From contig CALJFZ010000029.1 of the NCBI GenBank assembly GCA_938074325.1, positions 12,292 to 76,291 of the forward strand: a stretch of 64,000 nt of DNA, in the 5' to 3' direction. The stretch comes from an uncultured Flavobacteriales bacterium (GTDB lineage: Bacteria; Bacteroidota; Bacteroidia; Flavobacteriales_D; Sanyastnellaceae). A program made the position numbers and the translations under genes. Shown in pieces: positions 1-8,197 of the stretch (within the stretch, counting starts at the first letter, position 1; each line of letters starts with the position of its first letter). The notes below the pieces were generated by a model, which searched no databases, was not told the DNA's origin, and saw only the letters and a list, made by a program, of their open reading frames with translations.

Positions 1-2
1 CG

Positions 3-485
3 AATGGCCGACTGACCAAATACGGAAGTGGCACGTTCAGCAACCACGCAGAGGCGAAGAAGCACTTGGGCGAAGTGCGAGAATGGGCTCCCGATGCCTT
101 TATCAAACCGATCCAAATCCCTGCGGATGGCAAACTGCGCTCAGAAGCAGAAGTTCAGCCGAAGCCGACAACGAAGGTTGAGTCTGCACCTCCAGCCGCT
201 GATGCCATTGCCGTTGAGAAATCCCGCGCTGCACCCGCTCCTGAAAAAACGAAAACCAAGGAGTTTCGGGTTCGAATTGTTTCCTACACAACCAACCTGG
301 AACCCACTGAGGTGGCCACGTTGTTGCGCCTTGGAAATGAAGTGCCATTGAAAACAGCCAGATTGACAAATCAAACGGTCTATTTCACGGATACCTTTGA
401 ACGTCTCGAAGACGCGAAGAAGGCTTTAGACACTTGCGTAAAACGCGGTTTTCAGGATGCAGAAATAGAAGTAATCTACCAATGA
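3..485 (+). CDS. SPOR-like domain protein, C-terminal part (5' end outside window)
   Basis: Frame 3 is open from the window edge. The C-terminal ~70 aa (FRVRIVSY...YFTDTFERLEDAKKALDTCVKRGFQDAEIEVIY) has a SPOR-type pattern. The stop overlaps the next start (ATGA at 482-485). Confidence 0.5.
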   Translation, partial: NGRLTKYGSGTFSNHAEAKKHLGEVREWAPDAFIKPIQIPADGKLRSEAEVQPKPTTKVESAPPAADAIAVEKSRAAPAPEKTKTKEFRVRIVSYTTNLEPTEVATLLRLGNEVPLKTARLTNQTVYFTDTFERLEDAKKALDTCVKRGFQDAEIEVIYQ

Positions 486-2128
486 AGAAGCAAGTTTTAA
501 TCGCATTTTGCCTGTCGGTTGTGTTCGGGCTTGCAGTTAAGTCAGAAGCGCAATCTGTGGTTATTAATGAGGCATTGTCAAGCAATTCCTCATTCGACTA
601 TGACGACTTCTTTCAATATGAAGATTGGATCGAACTCTACAACGATGGTGGAATTCTGAACTTGAGTGGATACTACTTGAGCGATGACCCCGACACCTTG
701 GACAAATGGATGTTCCCCTCAAGCAACCCTGGATTGACGACCATCTTGCCTGGGGGTCACTTGCGCATTTGGTGCGATAACGATGAACAACAGGGAGAGG
801 ACCACACCAATTTCAAATTGAGCAGTGAAGGAGAAACCGTTTTTCTCGTTGAACCCGATGGAACAACCATCATAGATAACGTTACACTGGGACTTGCCCA
901 ATCCGATATTTCATACGGTCGCACATGCGACGGTTGCGCTGAATGGCAGTTCTTCAATGTCCCTACACCCGATGCGCCCAATTCGGATATTCCGCTACCA
1001 GTGAGCACATTGTTCATCAATGAATACCAAGTGGCCAATACCAACACGCTGTTTGATGAAGCGTTCAACTATCACGGCTGGGTCGAAATATTCAATCCCA
1101 ACGACTACCAGATCAACCTCTCCGGCTATGTTCTTGAGTTGGGAGGGGACCAGCATACGTTTGACAACAACGAACCCTGGAAGACCACCATCGACGGCAA
1201 TGACTTTCAGATTTTCTGGCTCGACGGAAATCCAGCATTGGGATCCAATCACCTTGAAATTGAGCCCACATCCTCTGGAACATTGAATCTTCTTGGATAC
1301 GACGGGACCTTGGTCGACGGCGTGGAATTCGACGCGTCCACACCTGTCGACGTGAGCCAAGGCCGAAGCACGGACGGCTCACCGCTGTGGACGGAGTTTT
1401 CAACGCCTACGCCGCGCGTAACGAATGCTTTACAAATTATCCCACCAGCCACACTCGTCATCAATGAAGCGCAATCCGACAATTTCATCACGTATACAGA
1501 TGAAACAGGGGAGTATGAAGATTGGATTGAATTGCACAACCCAACATCCAGCCCCATTGATGTGGCGGGCTACTACATTACCGATCGCCTTGATCGCCCT
1601 CAAAAGTGGCAAGTCCCTGTAACCTCGGGTGACTCAACCGTTATTCCTCCCGGTGGATTCGTCGTTCTGTTTGCAGACGAAAATGGTTCCCAAGGGTGGA
1701 ACCATATGAACTTCAAGCTCAGCTCGTTTGGTGAGCCTTTGGCCCTTCGTTCGCCTGACGGGTTTACCGTAGCAGATTCAGTGTTCATTCCAGAACTCAG
1801 CCAGGACCGTTCATGGGGGAGGGAATTTGATGCACACCCGAATTGGATCGAATTTTTCATACCCACCCCCAATGCTTCCAATGGAGTGAATTCGATTGAA
1901 AACGCAGGGAGTGAAGTGGCATACACGCTATATCCTAATCCCTGCCTGAGGACAACCCCAGTGCACTTTCCAGCTGCAGCAACAATTTACAGCCACACGG
2001 GGCAGCCTGTTCGCCATATCCAGGGCAAGGGCACCTACAATTTGGACTTACCTCGCGGCCAATATTTGGTCGTATGGCCTCAAAAGATGGGGGCATCCAC
2101 CCAGGCATCGCGCCTGATCATACAGTAA
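482..2128 (+). CDS. secreted protein with three lamin-tail (LTD) repeats and a T9SS C-terminal sorting domain
   Basis: Signal peptide MKKQVLIAFCLSVVFGLAVKSEAQ. Three LTD-like repeats (VVINEA..YEDWIELYN, LFINEY..HGWVEIFN, LVINEA..YEDWIELHN). The C-terminus YTLYPNP...YLVVW...RLIIQ looks like a T9SS type A CTD. Confidence 0.8.
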   Translation: MKKQVLIAFCLSVVFGLAVKSEAQSVVINEALSSNSSFDYDDFFQYEDWIELYNDGGILNLSGYYLSDDPDTLDKWMFPSSNPGLTTILPGGHLRIWCDNDEQQGEDHTNFKLSSEGETVFLVEPDGTTIIDNVTLGLAQSDISYGRTCDGCAEWQFFNVPTPDAPNSDIPLPVSTLFINEYQVANTNTLFDEAFNYHGWVEIFNPNDYQINLSGYVLELGGDQHTFDNNEPWKTTIDGNDFQIFWLDGNPALGSNHLEIEPTSSGTLNLLGYDGTLVDGVEFDASTPVDVSQGRSTDGSPLWTEFSTPTPRVTNALQIIPPATLVINEAQSDNFITYTDETGEYEDWIELHNPTSSPIDVAGYYITDRLDRPQKWQVPVTSGDSTVIPPGGFVVLFADENGSQGWNHMNFKLSSFGEPLALRSPDGFTVADSVFIPELSQDRSWGREFDAHPNWIEFFIPTPNASNGVNSIENAGSEVAYTLYPNPCLRTTPVHFPAAATIYSHTGQPVRHIQGKGTYNLDLPRGQYLVVWPQKMGASTQASRLIIQ

Positions 2129-2140
2129 GTTACTTTCCCT

Positions 2141-2171
2141 TAGGGTTTTCTGGCAAAAAACCCTACTTTTG
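2141..2171 (+). terminator. hairpin after the LTD gene (TAGGGTTTT-ctggcaa-AAAACCCTA) followed by CTTTTG
   Basis: 9-bp perfect stem at 2141-2149/2157-2165. The T-tract is short and is itself part of the rpsA -7 box. Confidence 0.45.
2164..2171 (+). promoter_or_regulatory. Bacteroidota sigma-A -7 box (TAnnTTTG) for rpsA
   Basis: Exact match TACTTTTG, ~90 nt upstream of ATG 2262. Confidence 0.5.
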
Positions 2172-2261
2172 CACTCCATTTTTCACCCCGGGGACACGGG
2201 GTTTTATTCCATCCTTTTGTTGTTTGTCCCACAACAGAATACAAAAACCCCTGGGAAAGCC

Positions 2262-4442
2262 ATGAGCGAAGAAACCCAGAAACCAGCCGAGCAGGAAGAA
2301 AAGAACGCTGCTCCGCAGGCAGAAACAACTGCCACTCCCGAAGAACAAGTCGAATCAACTCCTGTTGCTGAAGCACCCGCTGCTCCAGCCCCAGCAATGA
2401 CAGAGCGCCCAGCTTTGGCTGAGCCTGGAGATTTTGACTGGGATGCATTTGAAGCGGATGTAGATGACTACAGCGCTGAGGACCGTGCGTCTTTGGAAAC
2501 TACCTACGAGAACTCCTTGAACTTGATTCAAGAGAAGGAGGTCGTTGACGGAACGGTAGTCTCCATCACGAAGAAAGAAGTAGTCGTGAATATCGGCTAC
2601 AAATCGGAAGGCATTGTCAATGCAAGCGAATTCCGCTACAACCCAGATTTGAAGGAAGGGGACGTGGTCCCGATTTTCGTTGAACGTCAAGAAGACAAGA
2701 ACGGTCAGCTTGTTGTATCCCACCGTACAGCGCGCATCTTCAGCGCTTGGGATAAGATCAATGAAGCGAAAGAAAAAGACATGATCATCCAAGGGGATGT
2801 GAAGTGCCGAACCAAAGGCGGATTGATTGTAGATGTATTTGGTATCGAGGCGTTCTTGCCTGGATCACAAGTAGACGTGAAGCCAATTCGTGACTTCGAC
2901 GTGTACGTCGGAAAGCAAATGGATTTCAAAGTTGTCAAGATCAACCAGGAGTTCAAGAACGTGGTTGTTTCTCACAAAGCCTTGATCGAAGCTGAGCTCG
3001 AAGAGCAGAAGCGCGTGATCATCAGCGGTCTCGAGAAAGGTCAGGTACTCGAGGGTACGGTAAAGAACATCACTTCTTACGGTGTCTTCGTAGACCTCGG
3101 AGGCATTGACGGTTTGGTACACATTACTGACATGTCATGGGGCCGTGTGAACCACCCAGAAGAGCTGGTTGAATTGGATCAACAACTGAACGTTGTTATT
3201 CTCGACTTTGACGATGACAAGAAGCGCATCGCATTGGGCATGAAGCAATTGACGGCTCACCCATGGGATTCAATGACGGAAGACCTCGTTGAAGGCGGTC
3301 GCATCAAGGGTAAGGTTGTCGTCATGGCTGACTACGGTGCATTCGTTGAAATCGCACCTGGCGTTGAAGGCCTCTTGCACGTATCTGAGATGAGCTGGTC
3401 ACAGCACCTCCGCAGTGCGCAGGACTTCCTGAGCGTTGGCGATGAAATCGAATGTGTCATCCTCAACATTGACCGCGAAGACCGTAAGATGTCTCTGGGC
3501 TTGAAGCAATTGAAGCAAGATCCATGGGCTGAGATCGATCAGCGCTACCCTGTCAACTCAAAGCAAAAAGGTGTGGTTCGCAACTTCACCAACTTCGGTT
3601 TGTTCGTAGAGTTGGAGGAGGGAATCGACGGATTGGTGCACATTTCCGACCTCAGCTGGTCGAAGAAAATTAAGCACCCATCAGAATTCTGCAGCGTAGG
3701 AGATGAAATCGAGGTGGTAGTTCTCGAACTCGACAAGGAAAATCGTCGAATGAGCTTGGGTCACAAGCAACTCGAAGAGAACCCTTGGGAGGTATTTGAA
3801 ACCATTTTCGCTGTCGGATCCAAGCACTCCGGAACGGTCGTTAAAATGGACGGCAACCAAGCAGTTGTGGCATTGCCATACGGATTGGAAGGTTCTTGCC
3901 ATGTCAAGCACTTGCGCAAAGAAGACGAGTCCAACGTCGCTGTTGAAGAAGCAGTTGATTTCGTTGTGCTTGAGTTCAACCGCAATGCTAAGCGCATCAC
4001 GGTAAGCCACACCCGCACGTTTGAGGAGGCACCCGCTGCAGCTGCAACACCAACTAAGGAGCGTAAGCCACGTTCAGGAGGTGGAAGCAACCGCATGATG
4101 AACGAAGTCAATGCGAGCGTTGAGCGCAGCACCTTCGGCGACCTCGACGTACTGAGCGCGCTCAAGGAGCAAATGGACGGTAATGAAAGCTCAGAGCAGA
4201 CGGAGGCTCCAAAAGAGGAGAAGAAGGAAGCCAAGAAGCCCGCAAAGAAGGCAGCTGCTAAAAAAGAAGAGGCCGCTGAAGAGGCTCCAGAAGCAGCAGC
4301 TGAAGAAGCGGCTGAGGAGGCTAAGAAGCCAGCGAAGAAAGCCGCTGCGAAAAAGCCGGCTGCAAAGAAAGCACCTGCCAAGAAAGCCAAGAAGGCTGAC
4401 GATGCAGGTGAAGACGGAAAAGAAGCAGGAGAAGAAAAGTAA
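2262..4442 (+). CDS. rpsA: 30S ribosomal protein S1 with N-terminal acidic/Pro-Ala extension and Lys/Ala-rich C-terminal tail
   Basis: Serial S1 OB repeats (e.g. GTVKNITSYGVFVDLGGIDGLVHITDMSW, GKVVVMADYGAFVEIAPGVEGLLHVSEMSW). Start set at ATG 2262 because the in-frame TTG 2169 lies inside the upstream hairpin/-7 box region. Confidence 0.9.
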   Translation: MSEETQKPAEQEEKNAAPQAETTATPEEQVESTPVAEAPAAPAPAMTERPALAEPGDFDWDAFEADVDDYSAEDRASLETTYENSLNLIQEKEVVDGTVVSITKKEVVVNIGYKSEGIVNASEFRYNPDLKEGDVVPIFVERQEDKNGQLVVSHRTARIFSAWDKINEAKEKDMIIQGDVKCRTKGGLIVDVFGIEAFLPGSQVDVKPIRDFDVYVGKQMDFKVVKINQEFKNVVVSHKALIEAELEEQKRVIISGLEKGQVLEGTVKNITSYGVFVDLGGIDGLVHITDMSWGRVNHPEELVELDQQLNVVILDFDDDKKRIALGMKQLTAHPWDSMTEDLVEGGRIKGKVVVMADYGAFVEIAPGVEGLLHVSEMSWSQHLRSAQDFLSVGDEIECVILNIDREDRKMSLGLKQLKQDPWAEIDQRYPVNSKQKGVVRNFTNFGLFVELEEGIDGLVHISDLSWSKKIKHPSEFCSVGDEIEVVVLELDKENRRMSLGHKQLEENPWEVFETIFAVGSKHSGTVVKMDGNQAVVALPYGLEGSCHVKHLRKEDESNVAVEEAVDFVVLEFNRNAKRITVSHTRTFEEAPAAAATPTKERKPRSGGGSNRMMNEVNASVERSTFGDLDVLSALKEQMDGNESSEQTEAPKEEKKEAKKPAKKAAAKKEEAAEEAPEAAAEEAAEEAKKPAKKAAAKKPAAKKAPAKKAKKADDAGEDGKEAGEEK

Positions 4443-4464
4443 TTCATTCCACTTCATTGAATTA

Positions 4465-4500
4465 AAAAAGGGAAGCCTGTCAAGGGTTTCCCTTTTTCTT
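4465..4500 (+). terminator. rho-independent terminator after rpsA
   Basis: Stem GGGAAGCC (4470-4477) / GGGTTTCCC with flanking A/T extension, followed by TTTTTCTTT. Confidence 0.75.
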
Positions 4501-4506
4501 TGCCCG

Positions 4507-4514
4507 TATCTTTG
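4507..4514 (+). promoter_or_regulatory. -7 box for pyrR-pyrB (near-leaderless)
   Basis: Exact match TATCTTTG, 6 nt before ATG 4521. Confidence 0.5.
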
Positions 4515-4520
4515 CATGCG

Positions 4521-5066
4521 ATGAGTTCACAAACCCTCATGGACGAGGCGCTGTTCGAGCGCGTGGTTGATCGACTAGCCCATCAGTTGCTGGAGCATCA
4601 CGATTTCAACCATTCCGACTTGGTTGGGTTGCAACCACGGGGGTACTGGTTCGCAAAGGTTTTGCAGGACAGATTGCAAGCCCTTTTACCCAATGTCTCA
4701 ATTAATTGCGGTGGACTGGACATCACCTTCCATCGCGATGACTTTCGAAGAAGGGAGAAGCCCTTGACCCCGTCCAGCACGCACATGCCTTTTTTAATCG
4801 AAAACCGCAATGTTATCCTGGTAGACGATGTGCTCTTCACAGGGAGAACCATCCGAGCAGGGATGGATGCCTTACTAGCGCACGGTAGACCTAATTCGGT
4901 TCAGTTGCTGGTGTTGGTCAATCGCCGGTTCCAACGGGAACTTCCTATCGAACCACAATACGTTGGGAAAACCGTTGACAGCATAGATTACGAGTACGTC
5001 AAGGTGGTTCAAAACGATTCAACGGATCGCTGCCGTGTCATGCTCTTAAACGAAAAACCCGCATGA
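4521..5066 (+). CDS. pyrR: bifunctional pyr operon regulator / uracil phosphoribosyltransferase PyrR
   Basis: PRTase motif VILVDDVLFTGRTIRAGMDAL and PyrR-like length (181 aa). The stop overlaps the pyrB start (ATGA at 5063-5066). Confidence 0.85.
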   Translation: MSSQTLMDEALFERVVDRLAHQLLEHHDFNHSDLVGLQPRGYWFAKVLQDRLQALLPNVSINCGGLDITFHRDDFRRREKPLTPSSTHMPFLIENRNVILVDDVLFTGRTIRAGMDALLAHGRPNSVQLLVLVNRRFQRELPIEPQYVGKTVDSIDYEYVKVVQNDSTDRCRVMLLNEKPA

Positions 5067-5995
5067 ACAACCTCAGTGTTCGTCACCTGACCGGCATCCG
5101 TGGACTTACCCTCAACGATGTTGAGTTGATTTTTCAGGCGGCTAAGGAGTTCAAAGAGGTCATCAATCGGCCCATCAAAAAGGTTCCTTCCCTTCGGGAC
5201 CTGACCATTGCCAACCTCTTTTTCGAGAATTCCACACGGACCCGCCTGTCCTTTGAGTTGGCAGAAAAGCGGCTCAGTGCGGACGTCGTGAATTTCTCCT
5301 CTGCCAGTAGTTCCGTCAAAAAGGGTGAAACCCTCGTGGACACGGTGAATAACATCCTTGCCATGAAAGTGGACTTGGTGGTTATGCGCCATCCTCATCC
5401 TGGTGCCCCTCAATTTTTGGCGAATAAGGTAAATACCATCGTGGTCAACGCCGGAGATGGTACGCACGAACACCCGACGCAAGCGCTGCTTGATGCCTAC
5501 AGCATGACGGAGCGCCTCGGCAGCCTCCAAGGGAAGAACGTAGCCATTGTTGGGGACATTCGGCACTCCCGAGTGGCCATCAGCAATATCCTATGCCTCC
5601 AGCTATTGGGCGCGAATGTTAGGGTTTGTGGCCCCAAAACACTCATCCCAAAGCACATTGCGGCCATGGGAGTGGAGGTAAGCCATGACCTAGATGAAAC
5701 ACTAGCCTGGTGCGACGTTGCCAACATGCTCAGGATTCAACTTGAGCGACAGGATGAAAACGCTGTACCATATTTCCCGTCGCTCCGAGAATATTCAATG
5801 GGATTTGGACTGAATCTGGATAGGCTCGAGAAACTGGATAAGCAGATTACGATCATGCACCCGGGGCCCATTAACCGCGGAGTGGAAATCACTAGCTCCG
5901 TTGCCGACAGCGACCACGCAATCATTCTCGATCAGGTAGAAAACGGCGTGGCCATCCGCATGGCTGTGCTTTACATGCTGGCAGCAAACAAATGA
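5063..5995 (+). CDS. pyrB: aspartate carbamoyltransferase catalytic subunit
   Basis: FFENSTRTRLSFELAEKRL (STRTR carbamoyl-phosphate site), HPTQALLD and HPGPINRG motifs. Confidence 0.92.
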   Translation: MNNLSVRHLTGIRGLTLNDVELIFQAAKEFKEVINRPIKKVPSLRDLTIANLFFENSTRTRLSFELAEKRLSADVVNFSSASSSVKKGETLVDTVNNILAMKVDLVVMRHPHPGAPQFLANKVNTIVVNAGDGTHEHPTQALLDAYSMTERLGSLQGKNVAIVGDIRHSRVAISNILCLQLLGANVRVCGPKTLIPKHIAAMGVEVSHDLDETLAWCDVANMLRIQLERQDENAVPYFPSLREYSMGFGLNLDRLEKLDKQITIMHPGPINRGVEITSSVADSDHAIILDQVENGVAIRMAVLYMLAANK

Positions 5996-6033
5996 TGCGG
6001 GATTCTTCTATATTTACGACATACATCTGATTC

Positions 6034-6402
6034 ATGAAGTTCACAACTGAAATCCGCGAGCAAATCGCCATCGTCACATCACACGTCGAAAAATTGGATG
6101 CGCTGCATGCACCTGAACTGAAAGGAGAGCTGGTGCGCATCGCAAAAGAAGGCACGAAGTACATGGTGCTTGATTTGAGTGAATCACGGTACTGCGACAG
6201 TTCCGGCTTGAGCGCTGTGTTGATTGGCAACCGCCAATGCCGCGATGCAGAAGGCCATTTCGTGATTGCAGGACTTCAGCCATCGGTTGAGAAGCTGGTT
6301 CAGATTAGCCAATTGGACAAAGTACTGACCATCGTTCCCACGGCATCGGAAGGATTCGACTTGCTCGTGATGGAGATCACCGAAAAGGAATTGAATTCAT
6401 AA
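6034..6402 (+). CDS. STAS-domain anti-sigma-factor antagonist (SpoIIAA-like)
   Basis: 122 aa. MVLDLSESRYCDSSGLSAVLIG carries the conserved phosphorylatable DSSG motif, and the C-terminus has the QLDKVLTIVPT pattern. Confidence 0.75.
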   Translation: MKFTTEIREQIAIVTSHVEKLDALHAPELKGELVRIAKEGTKYMVLDLSESRYCDSSGLSAVLIGNRQCRDAEGHFVIAGLQPSVEKLVQISQLDKVLTIVPTASEGFDLLVMEITEKELNS

Positions 6403-6425
6403 GACAACCCCAAAGCATTAACACC

Positions 6426-7199
6426 ATGCGAAACTTTACACTCATCGCCTCTCTGCTTTTTGCAGCTGCTGCTTCAGCACAATGTGATCCTGATTTTGAT
6501 TTCGGAACTGCGGAATGGGGAGCTTCTCCTGATGCATCCATCGGAGAGCAGTTTGACACGGCTTACGTCGATACCCCTTACGCAGATGTTTTTCATGTTT
6601 TGGTTCCTACGGATGCTTCGGCCATTGATCCGATGTTTCAGTTGCCATTGGATTCCGTCATCTTGTCTAGCGTGGTATTGACGGACACTACCTCCTTGGA
6701 ACAATACACATTGGAGGATATCGGATTGGAAATTGTGTGCAATAACCTCGGCTCATCTCCCAATCCGTGCACGTTGATTGCAGGAGCACAATATTGCGCA
6801 TCACTTGAAGGGACACCTACTTCAGGAGGCGTTTTTCAAATGAGTTTGGACGTTGAAGCCTGGGTGACTGTCTTCGGTGTAGGCGTTGCTCAGCCGTATT
6901 CCTTTGCTGGCTACATTCTCGATGTCATCGGCGAGTCTAGCATTGACGTGGGGCACGTAAAGGAAGCTAACTGGAACGTGTATCCTAACCCTGTTAACGA
7001 CGTACTGACCATTGAAAAGGGAAGCGCAGACGCGTGGGTGAAGGTCTTCAATCTTGCTGGTCAGGAGATGGACATTGCTGCATTGAATCAGGCAAGCCGT
7101 CTGATTGTCAATACAGCAGACTGGCCCAACGGACTTTACTTCGTTTCCTACCAGAGCAATGAAGGCGTGTCCACCCGACGCGTCGTCGTCCAGCACTGA
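6426..7199 (+). CDS. secreted hypothetical protein with T9SS C-terminal sorting domain
   Basis: Signal peptide MRNFTLIASLLFAAAASAQ. C-terminus NWNVYPNPVNDVLTIE...VFNLAGQ...GLYFVSY...RVVVQH. Confidence 0.65.
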   Translation: MRNFTLIASLLFAAAASAQCDPDFDFGTAEWGASPDASIGEQFDTAYVDTPYADVFHVLVPTDASAIDPMFQLPLDSVILSSVVLTDTTSLEQYTLEDIGLEIVCNNLGSSPNPCTLIAGAQYCASLEGTPTSGGVFQMSLDVEAWVTVFGVGVAQPYSFAGYILDVIGESSIDVGHVKEANWNVYPNPVNDVLTIEKGSADAWVKVFNLAGQEMDIAALNQASRLIVNTADWPNGLYFVSYQSNEGVSTRRVVVQH

Positions 7200-7226
7200 T
7201 AAAGCGATCCGGACATTGCTGGCTGG

Positions 7227-8174
7227 GTGCATTTTGATGTAATCATACTCGGCTGTGGTGCCGCTACACCCACCTTGCAACATGCGCCGACCTCTCAGGC
7301 AGTGTGTTGGCAGGGAAAGTGGATACTGTTGGACGCTGGAGAAGGGGTTCAGACGAACATCCGAAAATACAAGGTCCCGATGCAGAAGATTGACACCATC
7401 TGCATCTCCCACATGCACGGTGATCATGTGCTTGGACTGCCGGGCCTTCTGGGTAGTATGAACCTGTTTGGCCGAGAACGAGATTTGACATTGGTGGGGC
7501 CGGCCAGTTTAGAACCGTACGTGCGCGAATCCCTAAGGCTCACCCATACGTTCGTCAGGTTTACCATGCAATTTATTGCGTGTGACACATCTCGCCCCGC
7601 TAAAATCCAGCAATGGGGGGATAACTGTTTGGAATCCATCCCCGTGAAACATCGCATTGAAGCTTTTGGCTTTAAACTCCAGAACGTACCGACCAAACGG
7701 AACCTCAAAAAAGAGTCCATTCCAGCTCTGAACCTTCAACGCAGTGAGATTCTGAAGCTAAAGAATGGCAAGGATGTGGTTCGAGCAACGGGCGAACGAT
7801 TGAGTGCTGAGAAGTTGTGCCTTCCCTTGCCGCATTCATCGACCTATGTATTCAGTGGAGACACTGCCCCGTGTGAAAACATACGAGTTGCCTCACAAGG
7901 CGCAAATGTTCTTTACCATGAGTCAACCTTCCTCCACGAGTTAAAGTCAATGGCGCGATCGACCGGTCATTCAACAGCGCAAGATGCTGCGACCCTAGCT
8001 GCCGAGGCAGGTGTTCATACGCTTGTATTGGGACATTTATCCTCTCGTTACCAAGATGAATCCCGAGTGGAAGAAGAAGGTCGCCAATTTTTCGCCAATA
8101 CCCATTTGGCGACCGAAGGTATGCGCATCAGGCTCTTACCGAAAGAAATGCCCCGTATAGACTATTTGGAATGA
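7227..8174 (+). CDS. rnz: ribonuclease Z (metallo-beta-lactamase fold)
   Basis: HMHGDHVLGLPGLLGSM motif, C-terminal GHSTAQDAA...VLGHLSSRY, ~315 aa, GTG start. Confidence 0.8.
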   Translation: MHFDVIILGCGAATPTLQHAPTSQAVCWQGKWILLDAGEGVQTNIRKYKVPMQKIDTICISHMHGDHVLGLPGLLGSMNLFGRERDLTLVGPASLEPYVRESLRLTHTFVRFTMQFIACDTSRPAKIQQWGDNCLESIPVKHRIEAFGFKLQNVPTKRNLKKESIPALNLQRSEILKLKNGKDVVRATGERLSAEKLCLPLPHSSTYVFSGDTAPCENIRVASQGANVLYHESTFLHELKSMARSTGHSTAQDAATLAAEAGVHTLVLGHLSSRYQDESRVEEEGRQFFANTHLATEGMRIRLLPKEMPRIDYLE

Positions 8175-8185
8175 TTCCAAATAGT

Positions 8186-8193
8186 TAATTTTG
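8186..8193 (+). promoter_or_regulatory. -7 box for the LuxR-family regulator (leaderless)
   Basis: Exact match TAATTTTG, 4 nt before ATG 8198. Confidence 0.55.
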
Positions 8194-8197
8194 CGCC

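Noticed and set aside
4195-4439. Repetitive GAAGCC/AAGAAG-rich DNA that at first glance looks like a tandem repeat or spacer-repeat structure.
   Set aside because: It is in frame within rpsA and encodes the Lys/Ala/Glu-rich tail. There is no regular repeat-spacer periodicity and there are no cas genes, so it is not a CRISPR array or a satellite.
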